NCBI GenBank assembly: GCA_013239625.1
Contig: MU054323.1
Span: forward strand, 6,499,220 to 6,563,219
Length of the DNA stretch: 64,000 nucleotides
Source of the DNA: Lama guanicoe
Taxonomy: Eukaryota
Reading direction: 5' to 3'
Shown here: one piece after another, positions 26,371 to 38,843 of the stretch
How the letters are laid out: every line of letters starts with the position of its first letter
Numbering within the stretch: the first letter of the stretch is position 1
Made by a program: the position numbers and the translations under genes
The notes under the pieces: model-generated
What the model was told of the DNA's origin: nothing
Seen by the model: the letters and a program-made list of their open reading frames with translations, nothing else
Database searches by the model: none

Positions 26371-26482
26371 TTTTATTTTTTAAAATTTACTATTATTAAT
26401 TTTAATGGAGGTGCTGTGGATTGAACCCAGGATCTCATGCACACTAAGCATGTGCTCTACCACTGAGCTATACCCCTCCCCC
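26371..26482 (-). mobile_element. tRNA-Ala-derived SINE (Vic-1-like)
   Basis: A/B-box tRNA head on the minus strand; TSD TTGCCATCCAYTTTA at 26356-26370 and 26483-26497. Confidence 0.85.
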
Positions 26483-27200
26483 TTGCCATCCATTTTAGTA
26501 CTGAGCAGAATGCAGTCAAAATCTACTAGGGTCAGCAACTAGTAAATATAAAGCAACTGTCTTTAAACTACATTAAAATAGGAATTCATCGAATATTTTA
26601 AGTAAATACTCTGTGTCCTATACATGACAAAGTGAACTGTTTATTTATAAATGTGATTTAAACATTTTTATTTGTGGGCAAGCATGTCTAAATATGAGGC
26701 CTGATAACTAGACATAACTAAAGCTGCCCCTGCATTACTGGTTAAGATTTTTTCTTATAATTAGGAAGCAGCCTGATATATACATGACATAACCTTGCCC
26801 TAGATTTCACAAAGTGTACGTCCTATTTTAAACAATGATTTTCACAGTGATATGGATAAATAATTTATCTCACATTCCCTTAGTTTTCCTTTTAACTGAA
26901 TTAGTAATCTGTTATCCCAACTCACAGGGATGTTGTACGGGAATCAGGTAGTATTTCTAAGTGTCCTGGGCTACTCATGAGAAAGGTTACTGTGGGCAAC
27001 TCTACTGATTTCTGGCATTAGACTCAAACAGGCAGTAAGACAGCAGAGGATTTTTAAGCAAGCAGAAAGAAAAAATGTCTGTATCGTACACGTTATTTCA
27101 AATAAAGATATTCAGATAAATGCAAAGAATAGTCTAGTTTTTTAAAAAAAGAAAACAGTAAAGTAACTCAAAGAAAAGGAGCTAGATATTAGAAAATAAC

Positions 27201-27281
27201 CTTAAGTAAGAGGAAGAGGTTGTTGAGACAGCTTAGCAGAGACAAAAGGCACTGAAGAACAGAGTCATCCATATTCCCACA
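27201..27281 (-). CDS. ITSN2: ITSN2 exon 17, 81-nt cassette exon ([27 protein letters not shown])
   Basis: TTACAG| 27 codons |GTTATT, phase 0-0; peptide recognised as the alternatively included 27-aa insert of ITSN2. Confidence 0.88.
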
Positions 27282-28437
27282 CTGTAAGATAAGGCAGATA
27301 AAAAGCCAATTAAACTATGTACAGATTTTCTAGAAAATAATGTTGGGAAGATAACTTGGCTGGCTTGTCTGTCCATCAATGACAAATTTTTTGATTTTCT
27401 TAACACTTTTTTCTACAGAATATATATATGCTTATGTAAAATGTATGGTTAATATTATTCACCTCAAATTTTCCCTCCTTAACTGAAGCCACCATGGTTC
27501 CTTTTTTTTTTTTAAATCATACTGTCTACTCTAAAGCTGGTGTAATGTTATTCTTTTTTTAAAAACACTTTTATTGTGGTATGGTTCCTGTACAGTAAAT
27601 GACACATATTTCAAATGTATAATTTGATGAATTTTGATAGATGGATATGGTATAATGTTATTCTAAACACATCAGCAAGATGAAAATCACATGAAGAGAC
27701 AGAGAGCTGCCTAAAAAGTTTTGTCATATTTTATGCTCTGGAAACTTTCTGCTTCTTTAGCAAAGGAGTAACTGAAACTATTCACAAATTTCAATCATGT
27801 GCCGTTAGTCTGGTTTTTAACTTTTAATATTTTCTTTCACAGTTATGGCTTCAATATGCAACTAATACTGCACATAATGATAAGCATATGGTATATGTTT
27901 GGACATCTGCTCTGCCACTGCAGTAATTAATGAATCATGAACCTATTTTTCATGCAGACTTTATTGTGCCAGATTATGCTTCAGATTTCACTGATTACTG
28001 CATTATTTCACAAAGGTTCATTAAATTAAATAATAAAAAAGAAGCCAAAAAGAATTTAGTGTGTTAAAGGAGCCTCTAGCACTCAGATTATTTAAAATTT
28101 TCCGTATTTCCCATTTTAGAATTTGCCTAAGATCATGCTGGCCAAGAACTAACACTGATAAATCTAATCTAACCTAATACTAATACTGACAGAGGTAATT
28201 ACTTCTTAAATGTATAGATGCTGATAAAAACAGTCATCAAAAACTGGAAACTATGGTAAATGATATGTTTATTTACATGACACAATATTTATAATATCTG
28301 TAGAGAACATTAAAAATAATCTTGCAATTGTGGTATAGCTCAAATTATAAATTATGAAAATGTACTACATAAACAATAATAGCTTTAGTTATTCATTCTA
28401 TTACATCAAAGTAAGGAAGGTAACAGAAAATAAATAC

Positions 28438-28577
28438 CTTTAGTTGATTGTTAAATGAATCCATTTCTGATAGCTTAGATGCAGTTTCCTTTTCAAGAGC
28501 ATCTAATTGTTCTTTCAGTCTTTGGCATAATTCTTCCTTTTCTAATGATTTTTTATGAAGTAAACCAATTCCTAAAT
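28438..28577 (-). CDS. ITSN2: ITSN2 exon 16 ([47 protein letters not shown])
   Basis: 140 nt, TTTCAG| ... |GTATTT. Confidence 0.95.
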
Positions 28578-28794
28578 CTGAAATACAAACATCACAGTTT
28601 ACATTTGGTAGAAATTACTGTCGTTAACAGTAACTGACATTTACTGTTTGATCAAACTGGTGTAACTAGAGACAAAGGCAGTACATGCACAATGTGGATC
28701 AACTGAAGAGAAAAAACTCAGCAGTCATTTCCCCTTTTTGGATCACATCTTGGGAAGACCTTCATATAGAAACATAACATTTGTTCTGCACTCA

Positions 28795-28937
28795 AAGAGA
28801 ATACAGACTTGTGGTTACCGGGGGGGGGGGGGGGATGTATATGTCCATGTATGACTGAAAAATTGTACTGAACACTGGAATTTGACACAACACTGTAAAA
28901 TGATTATGAATCAATAAAAATGTAAAAAAAAAAAAAA
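28795..28937 (+). mobile_element. Young L1 3' end with an internal deletion, copy C
   Basis: GAATACAGACTTGTGGTTACC-G15 joined directly to ATGTATATGTCCATGTATGACTGAAAAATTG...AATAAAAATGT-polyA. Confidence 0.75.
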
Positions 28938-29180
28938 GTACTAGGACTTGAAGTGACATTCCACTTTGGGTGAAGTGCTTCACCAATCTGATCCACAGAT
29001 AATTGACTGGATTATGAAACGGATTATTTAGTGGTATTATTTTAGTGGGTAAGAACTGAGGGCTTCATTTTATGACCTTTTCTTAGATATCTAGGCAGAG
29101 ATAAAGAAACTAGATGGAAATATATGATGCAGATTACATTACAATAAATTAAAATAGTAATCTTACTATCTATTTAAATA

Positions 29181-29420
29181 CGGTTGACCCTTGAACAGCT
29201 TGGGAGTTCAGGGGGCTGATCCTCTGCTCTGTTGAAAACCCAAGTATAACGTATAGTCGGCCTTCTGTATACATAGCTGCAGTTCCTCCATATCCACAGT
29301 TCTGCATCCTCAGATTCAACAATCATGGATCTGTGTAGTACTGCAGTATTTACTTATTGAAAAAAATCTCCATATAAACAAACTTGTGCAGTTCAAACCC
29401 ACACTATTCAGGGTCAACTG
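29181..29420. mobile_element. Tigger-family MITE (MER8-like)
   Basis: TIRs CGGTTGACCCTTGAA / TTCAGGGTCAACTG, TA on both sides, 240 bp. Confidence 0.85.
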
Positions 29421-29640
29421 TAATATTTTAAAACTTTATTGTCTTTTTTAAAGCATAGGAATCCAACACAAAATTTAAATAAAATGAAGCATATAGAGTA
29501 AAAAGTTAAAAAAAAGTCCCTTTTCATCTCAACTCCCAGCTTATTCCCCTCTTAGGCACTTAGATATGTGCATATTCAATAATTCGTTCCATGGAGCTTT
29601 AATGGGATTACACTGGCTACACTGCTTAGCAACTTGTTTT

Positions 29641-29642
29641 TT

Positions 29643-29685
<43 letters not shown>

Positions 29686-29906
29686 TTAACTTTTTTTTTT
29701 ACTGAGTTACAGTCATTTTACAATGTTGTGTCAAATTCCAGTGTACAGCACAATTTTTCAGTTATACATGAACATACATATATTCATTGTCACTTTTTTT
29801 TTTTTGCTGTGAACTACCATAAGATCTTGTATATATTTCCTTGTGCTATACAATATAATCTTTTTCATCTATTCTCATCTATTCTACATTTTGAAATCCC
29901 AGTCTG
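29641..29906 (-). mobile_element. Young L1 3' end with (TTTA)n tail, copy D
   Basis: Perfect 14-bp TSD TAGCAACTTGTTTT at 29627-29640 and 29907-29920; internal duplication CATCTATTCT x2 at 29866-29885. Confidence 0.88.
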
Positions 29907-29929
29907 TAGCAACTTGTTTTAAATTTAAT

Positions 29930-31430
29930 AAAGACATCTAGATCTAGCTCATTCTTTAAAATTGCTCCCTGGTAGTCTACATTATGGCTATCCCATAATT
30001 TATGTAACTGCTCCTTTTCTGATTGCCATTTAGGTTGTTTCTAATTTTCTACTATTACATAAAAATGCTGCAATTAATATCCTTGTAGGTACATTTTAAT
30101 GCACATATGAAAATATTTTATAAGGCTAGGAGGTGAAAGAATTACTACATAAACAAAGGACTTGCACACTTTAAATTCTGACAGAAACTGCCAAACTGCC
30201 CTTCCAAAAAGCTGTACCAATAACAATGACACCAAATTACCTGTTTCTGCAGACCCTCATCACTGGATATTATCAATCTTTTTTCACTTTTGCTAACTAG
30301 CAAAAAAAAAATCCTATTGTCATTTAAATTTGTATCTTCTTGAAAACTACTGAAATCAAAGAAACATCTATTTATAAGGCCATCTATTTCTATTTTTCAG
30401 CCATCATCTTGAATTGCCTCGCCTCACATCCTTTGCCAGCTTTTCTCCCCTACCGGGTGGTCTTAATTTCTGATTTGTACAAGCTCAAAATTCTTATTGT
30501 ATTATACATATTTCAGATTCTTTACTGTTTATGATATCTTTCATCATGAAGAAGTTTTTCATTTTTATGTCATCAAAAACTGTTAAGCATTTTCCTTCAT
30601 GGCTCTATGGATTGTTTGAAGAGACTTTCCTGACACCAAGATTAGAAAAATGTTTTCCACTGTAAAAAAAATTTTAGAGTTATATTTTATGTTTAGCCTC
30701 TTATTTTATCTAGAATTTATTTCTGCACACAGAGTGAGAAAAAGAGCTTCTTCATCTCCCTTTCTGATAATCAGCTGTCCCCCGAAGTACTTAACGAAGA
30801 GAAAAGAAAGTAACTACTGAAAGCCCATCCTTTCCCCAAGGATGGTAAATGCCAAGTTTATCTTATCCTAAATTGCCATATATTACAGGCTTGTTCCTAG
30901 ATTGTCTATTTAGTTCCACTGTTCTATGTTTCTATATCGGATCAATAATATACTATTCTAGGTATATACCTTTCATATACCTTTCATAACTTACGTTTTG
31001 ATATCTGATAGGGTTAGTCTCCCCCAAACTAATGTTTTTCTAAGTCTTGCCTCATCTTGCATATCTCCTCTTCTAGGTGAATCTGTGAATTATCTTGCCA
31101 AGTTTCATTTAAAGACACCCAAACAGAACTGAATATATGGATGAATTAGTAGAGAACTAACATCTTTAAAATATTGAGCTAGTTCACTCAGGAATACAGT
31201 ATGTATCTACTTATGCAGAAATATTTTATATCTATCAGTAAAATTTTATGACTGTGCATTTCTTCTTTATTCATTTAACAGTGAGAATGCTAATGTGAAT
31301 GAGACCTTTTTTTCATAATATTTTCTAAACAAATACTTTTGATTAAAGATACTGATTTTTATATACTGATTTTTGTATCCAGGCACCTTGCTAAATTCTC
31401 TTAAAATTCTAACAGTTTTCTAGAATTTCA
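29930..31430 (-). mobile_element. Old L1ME-type fragment (host of young copy D)
   Basis: Decayed L1 3' motifs (CATTTAGGTTGTTTCTA, TGCCAAACTGCCCTTCCAAAAAGCTGTACCAAT). Confidence 0.55.
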
Positions 31431-32835
31431 ATAAATACTTAATCATTAAATTACACATATCTGCTATATGCAGGACACTCCACTGTATTCAACTGTAGGT
31501 AAAAATGAAGGCTAAGGCATGGGTCCTTCCCTGGTCAAGGTGGGAGACAAGCAACAGGAAAAAAAATAACAGTAAAAGAATATTCATCTTAGTACTCAAA
31601 ATGAGCACCAGCAATAATGGATGTTTTCACACCAAATTTGATCATATCATATCTGTGAGCACTGTGTTAGGTAAGGCAGCGTGGTAACACAGTGGGCTTT
31701 AGAGTCAGATCCACAAGAATCTGCGACCTACTATTACACTATCTTGGATAACTACTTATTGTCTCTGAACTTGAGTTTTCCTAAGCTGCGCAATAGGAGT
31801 AACAACTCCTACTTCACAGGATTGTTGTAAAGATGAAAGGAAATAATGCATGAAAACTGACGATCATGGTACTTGGTATGTGGCTGGTAATCTCAAATGG
31901 TAACTGTATGGAAAGAGGAATTTAAGGGGTACAGGGTACTTTGCAAACTCCAAACAAGAGCTTCCTATTCTAAACTGGACTACAACAAAGATAAATAAAT
32001 TAATAAAAGCTAAACTGAATCATATTCCACAGAGAAAGAATTAACTCTACTAGGTCCCCAATAAGCCATATTCTACACTTTATTCACAATCCAAATATTA
32101 ACAACGAGGATGAAAATACACTTTCTACCCTGCACAGGTCAGGAGGGCTGCTTTATCCTGCCTCTGAAATGCCTGTGAGGGGTAAGGTGGGAGCTGTACA
32201 CTTTGAACAGCTAAGAAAAATATCATGTGCAAGGAAGATTGTCTGAGAAGAGACAGAGGAAGGTGGGAGACATAATAAGAATAGTTCACAGGATTGAACT
32301 GTATTCCTGGTGTTTCTTCCATGTAAAGAGCCCTTTACTAGAACAATATTCAGCTTCTTTCTACCTCCTAACTAATTGGTAAGATCAAGATAAGGACTTG
32401 GGTATACACAGCCCTACACCTTTCCTATTCTTTGCTTTCTTGAGACTGAACTGCCCACAGGAATCTGCATTCTATTTTGTTCATGCACCCAATGTCTTAC
32501 AGGGGCAGCTGTACCGCTCAGATAAGCCATGCTGTCTAACATCAGCTTTGTTAATAATGAGGCAAAGTTTTGGTCTCTTGCGTCTTGCTCCTTTGCTTCA
32601 TTTCTTAATTTGTTCACAACTCAGGCAAAGAAGAGGGATGCTATTTATTGGAACTTCTAATCAGCCAAAAGTATAATAAAGAGCCCTGGAATAAAAAGAC
32701 CGACAGATACTCAATGGGAGACATGCAGGATACTTAAGCTAGTTCTAACACATTTGCAGAGTTACTTTTCTTTAAATAAACCTTTCTTCTGCTGTGCTGT
32801 TACTGGCATACTATCCAATACGGAATTTTTTTGCT

Positions 32836-32863
32836 TTGTTTTGTTTTGTTTTGTTTTGTTTTT
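32836..32863. repeat. (TTTTG)n microsatellite
   Basis: Directly visible. Confidence 0.85.
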
Positions 32864-33427
32864 CAGTTTTCTGGTTGGGACTTGAATCAAGAAAAATGCT
32901 GTATACTCATAAAATACCTTGCTGTCAGAGAGGCAAGCTGGTAAAATTCTCTACATGAGTCACAGAATTAGATGATATAAAAGGGCTGGGAAGGACATAT
33001 CAGGCTGCTTAGGCCTATCACTGCTGTGCGCTATCAACCTAGAATCCAACAGGTTTAGCTCCTCAGAAAGGTCCCCTCTCAGTTATTTACAATTAGCGCA
33101 AGATTTTGCCAAAATGCACATATAACCTTGTGTTCAAGCCAAGCCTAGGTCTTGTTTAACTGCAGTCTAACATTTTATTGACATTTGAAATATATAAAAA
33201 TGTTATTAAGAGAGGAAGTCATACCACAGTCATTATTTTATTTATTTACTTTTTATTGCTAAAAATGCTCTGACATCTGTGATATTTTTCACATTATTTT
33301 GAAATTTTAACTACAGGCAAGAAATGTTATTTATAACAGAATAATGCTATGTTTAAAAATAACAGTACATGACTGATACAGTCATTCAGAAAAGAATAAA
33401 AGAGGTAAGACAAACCCTAGAACTTAC

Positions 33428-33515
33428 CAGGTGTAGTACTGAGCTGCATGTTTTTAATTCTTTCATTTAATAATTGCTTCTCTGGTACCAAATAGATAAG
33501 CTTATTTTGATATTC
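33428..33515 (-). CDS. ITSN2: ITSN2 exon 15 ([29 protein letters not shown])
   Basis: 88 nt, TATAAG| (uncommon AAG acceptor) ... |GTAAGT. Confidence 0.93.
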
Positions 33516-34469
33516 CTTATAAAAAGAAAAAGTAGTGTTTGATTAAAACTTTGTAATGTTGTCTAAGAATATTTTTAATGCAAAAACATGATTTAATCAC
33601 ACTCGAAGTTTAGATTAGAAATAATATGTAAGTTGCTTACAACTTATGAATAAACTAGAATGGAATTATGCATAATTTAAAATACAGATATTTAAATGTA
33701 AATCCATACATGAATGAATGATTGCCTGAAAATAAAAGGTGGTGAAGAAAGCTCTGTTAATCAGGTGTGTTCAGGGCCCGACAACTTCCAGCCTACTGAA
33801 AGACGACAGCAGGCACAGCCTAAGAGGTGCCCTTGGTGCCTCCACTAAACGCTATGTGTCAGCAGTCATGATACTCCAGAATGAGTATCAAAGAGGGACT
33901 AAAAACTCAGGGATTACTAGGAAAGCAGGGGTACACTGGGTAGGAAATGTCACTTGGCTTTTGTCTACATCTGCTGTGACAAAGTAAAACACTGTTAATT
34001 AATGTTAGTCTGTTCAGAAAAAGAAATTTGGTAAGAGGACTCTTGAGATGAAGAAAGCTTTCAGGGTCCCTACTCTACATAGTTAAATAACAGAATTACC
34101 AGATCTTTGATGGACATGTTGACCCCAATTCTGCAAAGAACGTTAGGTCAAACTTTCCCAAAAGCAGCAGCAGATTAACGCAACAGACATACATTTACGT
34201 ATTTATTTATTGAAGACTTGAAACTCAAAGTGACAAATGCCCATTTATGTACAAATATTAAGCAGAACCTAACCAGATGTTGATCAGAGTTTTAGGGGGT
34301 CTATGAGCTTCCTGATATTATACAAGATGTATATGTTTACATTCTTTTAGGAAGGAGGTCTATCAGAGGCTCAAAGGTGTTCATGACCTAAAAAGCAAAA
34401 CCCACTCTATTAGGAAGAATTATTAATAACTGCTCATGTTTAAGGACAATTCAGCAGCAAAGGACTTAC

Positions 34470-34610
34470 CTGAAGTTCTTGTTGAAGTTGCTTGATTTCC
34501 ATAATTTCCAGGTCACACTGCTTATCCAGAACTTCCAGCTCAGTCTTTTGAGTTTGCTTTCTGAGTCGGATGTCTTGAAGTCTGCCTGAGATCTGCTGAT
34601 GTTTGCCATT
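34470..34610 (-). CDS. ITSN2: ITSN2 exon 14, coiled coil ([47 protein letters not shown])
   Basis: 141 nt, CTATAG| ... |GTAAGT, phase 0-0. Confidence 0.95.
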
Positions 34611-35151
34611 CTATAGGAGGAGCATATGAATATATAACATAAACTATTCATAGGAAATGTTCCTATCAGGAGAATAGTATTTTCACTTAAGTTTTAAATG
34701 TCATTTATCATTTATCATTTATACTCAGTGTGAGATAAATGTCTAAAACCAAGCTGACTTAACACAGTTACTAGGAAACATGCCATTCTCAATATAAGAG
34801 CCTATTATGTTAAGAGGAGAAAGCACAAACATACCAAAGTCATTTTTTCCCTCAGCATTTAGGTATTAATTTATAATATTAAAATAAAGACAATCTCAAA
34901 GAATAATGAGGAGGAATAATCATTTGCAAGTGACATTTAGCATTACCCTCTCTGAACTTCTTTTTCTACTCTCAGTGCTGCCTTCTAATTCCTTTAATTC
35001 AACAGTGTCCAGGAAGGCCTTTTGGCCCAATTCTCTTCTCCTATATCAACATTCCTTTCCCCTTTTTCTGAGAAGAAAAACAAAACAAAACAGAGAGCAG
35101 AGATTCTCAATAGAATTCTCAATATTAGAAAGCTAATGAGAAGGGCAAAGT

Positions 35152-35551
35152 ATTGTAGGCTGAACTGTGTCCCCACAAAATTCACATGTTTAAGTCCTAA
35201 CCCTCAGTACCTCAGAACATGACTGTATGTGGAGACGGGACCTTTAAAGAGGTAATTAAGATTCAGTGAGGTCATATGGGTGGTCACTAATCCAACTTGA
35301 CTGGTGTCCTTGTAAGAATAGAACATTTGGACACAAAAGAGACAGCGGAGAAGATCGGGCAGAGGAAAGACCACATGAGGACGTGGTGAGAAGGCAGCCG
35401 TCTGCAAGCCAAGGAGAGAGGCCTCAGAAGAAACCAAACCTGCTGGCACCTTGATCTTGGAGTCCAGCCTGTAGAACTGTGGCAACATTAATTTCTGCTG
35501 TTTAAGCCACCTGGTCTGTCTTATTTTGTTATGGCAGCCTTAGCAAACACA
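35152..35551 (+). mobile_element. MaLR solo LTR (MLT1B-like)
   Basis: Starts GGCTGAACTGTGTCCCCACAAAATTCA, ends TGCTGTTTAAGCCAC...TTTGTTATGGCAGCCTTAGCAAAC; about 400 bp. Confidence 0.85.
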
Positions 35552-36766
35552 GTGGGGTAATGGGAAATGAGGCCTCCAGTTTAAAATCACTGGTAATTAA
35601 AGTTTTCACGGAAGTTATGTTCCATGTTGAGAAGTGTATGCTAAAGGGAGCATGCTGTGTCCACCCTGGAGTTCACGTTACGTCTTCAGCATACAGCAGT
35701 GTAGGCTCTGGACCTTTCCAGGCCCTGCACACTAACCCATGCTACTGCCTGGTGTGTTACTCCAGTTCTTGCGGGGGGAAACGATCAGTCCTAAGGTTTC
35801 CTCCCATTGTCTTTTTAAAGAAAAACACAGAGTCAAAATGATGGTTCAGCCAGATATTCAAGCAGCTACACAAAGAAGTCAAAACTTTTAGGACTGTTTT
35901 GCAGTACTACGGCATGATTAATTGTCGTACGCTTCCAATTCATTTGAAGGCATAAATTAGTTACCTTTCTGACTAAAGTATGTGATTTTTAAAAAATGTA
36001 ATTCAATTCATAAAGCAAATAAAATGTTAAACTACAATTAAACAAGATGTAACTATGGCTCTACACATGGCTGGCTGCACATGCATTTTCTGCAAAATCC
36101 TACTATATTACGAGGTCAGGCTTACAGGATTCCAGGGTCGTAGTAGAACAGTATGTCTTACTCAGACCCTTTATGTCTTCTCACCTTGCATTTCAAACAA
36201 AGTTTTAACAGCTTGATCCTGATATCTGATGTGTAAAAACTGGTAAGCATAATGACCAATATTAGTTAACAACCATAGTCCTACAGAACTGGAAGGAACT
36301 CTAAGACATCATTCAGGTCAGCAATTTTAAATCTTTTTTTTTTTTTCAGTAAAGTTCTTTTTTTTCCCCAAGCATATCTTAGATAACTCTCAAAAAGTAC
36401 AGTAGATACTGTGGAGCTTCTCTGTCGAAGTGTGGGAAGGACTGGGGAGAGGAGACTGTCCTGCTGCCTCGGCTCCCCTTGTCTTCCAGATGCACAAAAT
36501 GAGGCACAGAGAGGGAAATGTCTTGCTCAAGAGTATGTGGTTTAAACGCATCTGAACTAAGACCACAACATAATTCTCAGCATTCTGAATCACCATGCTG
36601 TTTCAGTAAACTATACTGTCTAGACTGTTAAAAGGTACTTATGAAAATATGACTATTTGATTACATCAAAACATAATATATTCATGAGGTAGATTTTAAA
36701 AACAGTATTTCCAACAGGTAACTCTAGCATCATTCAGATAAATTTCACTTAAACTTATAGCCATAC

Positions 36767-36916
36767 CAGTGCTTCCAACTCGAGATGAAGGCTCTTCTTT
36801 TTAGAGTTTAACCTGACAATTTCTTCCTGTTCTCTATTCCTTCGATTGAGAAGCTCCTGTCTACGAATTCTCTCCCATTCTAAACGACGCTGTCTTTCAA
36901 GTTCCTGTTTTGCTGC
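36767..36916 (-). CDS. ITSN2: ITSN2 exon 13, coiled coil ([50 protein letters not shown])
   Basis: 150 nt, TTTCAG| ... |GTATGG, phase 0-0. Confidence 0.95.
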
Positions 36917-37778
36917 CTGAAAATAATGAATTAAAGTTAATTTTTAAATTAACAATTTTGCATCATTCAGAAACTGATAGAATGACAAAGTAAAGGTGAG
37001 GCAGAATTTAGTACTTAGTAGGTTTGAGTGTCTAAGGGTAACTGGGCAAACCTAGTTTTATTAACGGGGCTAAATTAAAGATTTTCACAAAAGCAAATCC
37101 ACCCAACAGGCTTCTTGACTGCTTCAGAGGACCATCCCCTTGTTGCAGTTACTTTTATTTTAATAAACAAAAGGATGACTTCATAAATATAAATATTAAT
37201 AGGAATAACTGTACCTTTATTCTGATATCAGGGAAGAAAAAAACTTCTATTTACGTTATTTAAGAGCCACTGTAATCTACTGTGCTCCATGCACAGCCCC
37301 TGAAAACACAGCCAGTCCTCCCAGGGATCCTCCCCGCACCACTGATCCCAAGGACCTGCACAAGCCCACCCTCTTGATTCCTCTGAGACCTTCGACTCAC
37401 CACTCCCACCTCTCTGCCTCTCCAACTACTTGGCCTCTTACTCTGAATAGTAAGCTTCTTTTTGTTTACTGACCTGATCAAACTGACTCCTCCCTCTGGC
37501 TCCTCCCTCAGCTCAGCTTTGAAACCAGTCCTGCTTTGACTGAGCTACACCTGCAGGCATGCTTTCTCTACCAGCTGTCGGCCCTGAAAACATCCCACAA
37601 GCAAGGACCCTCTTTCACTCCACCGGGGAAGGGGGAGTCGGATTTGCAGAAGATAAGTTAAGAATGAATGACACTGAGGAAAGGCACAACAAAAATGCCC
37701 ATTTTTTATCAAATGAAATGTAGCCACTTATTAAATGAAATGATTTTCCTAAGAAATAAAATAACTTAAAAAAATAAC

Positions 37779-38041
37779 CTCTCGTCTTTCTATCTCTTTT
37801 CTCCTTTCTTCCTCCCGTTGTCTCTCCAATTCCCTCTGCTTCTCCAAGCGTTTTTCTAATTCAAGTTGTTTCTTCCATTCTTGCTCTTGTATTTCTCTCT
37901 GTTTTCGTTCCCATTCTTCCTTTTCTTTCTGGGCTTTGCGTTCTGCCTCCCTCTGCTGCTGCTCCATCATGGCCTGGCGTCGCTTCTCCAGTTCCATGTT
38001 CCCCCGCTCATAGTTGGCTTTCCGCTTGTCCTCGAACGTAA
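37779..38041 (-). CDS. ITSN2: ITSN2 exon 12, coiled-coil start ([23 protein letters not shown]...RRKEIERRE)
   Basis: 263 nt inside ORF 37749..38108; CTTCAG| ... |GTTATT. Confidence 0.95.
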
Positions 38042-38757
38042 CTGAAGCAGGTATACTGTGAGCATTCTTCCACATTAAGAGCCTACAGAACCTGTAATCT
38101 AGTTTCAAGATACTTGTGCCTTGTGGTCATGTGAGCCCTCTTACTCTTTGGATACTTCTCCTAAGGATAATTTTAACTTACATGTAAATAATAAAATATT
38201 TATTTTTTTCTAAAAATATTAATTTTTGGAAAATAAATCTCTAAGATTGAGTCCATCTAAGAGAAAAATAATTTTACTATTCCTGCCAATAAAAATATGT
38301 TTCAACTATTTTCTCAGCATTTTTTTCAAGGATAACCAAAGCTGTGTGGCTATATATTTGTCATATTTAGTATACGTAACTAATTTTTTTAAACATTTTA
38401 AAGTATCTACACATGCAGTTTTTCAACCAATATTTAACTTTTTTTTTTAAAAAAAGGTAAAGATTTCATCACAAAGCTTGCTCTAACAATTTTTCCTAAA
38501 GTGGGGGAAACGCTTTAACTAGGACATCTAATACATAGATTCTTGCCAAATACAGACACTGGTCTCTCCTTCCTACATACTCTTCTTTTCATTTTTGCCT
38601 ACCTTAATTTTACTGACACCAAAATCCACCCCATTCATCAAACACCTTCTTGTACAGCATATAAAATATTAAGAATGTAAAAATTCTAAATGTTCATTTC
38701 TATTTCGAGGCAAAATTTAAAAGAATTCACTATACATTTGTGGACATTCAATGTTAC

Positions 38758-38843
38758 CTGGTAATTTTTTTTGAGGCTCCTCTTCTTGAATTTTCTGATA
38801 TGAAGGCAGAGTTCCATTAATGGAATCAATTTGCTTTCCTCCT
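38758..38843 (-). CDS. ITSN2: ITSN2 exon 11 ([29 protein letters not shown])
   Basis: 86 nt, TCTTAG| ... |GTAACA. Confidence 0.93.

Noticed and set aside
26900..27956. Isolated QKI-like (TACTAAT at 26900-26906) and RBFOX-like (TGCATG at 27951-27956) motifs around exon 17
   Set aside because: Single short motifs in an AT-rich intron cannot be told from background without conservation or CLIP data.
36727..36971. 12-nt direct repeat GCATCATTCAGA on both sides of exon 13
   Set aside because: One such nearby match is plausible by chance in 64 kb, and there is no mobile-element structure.
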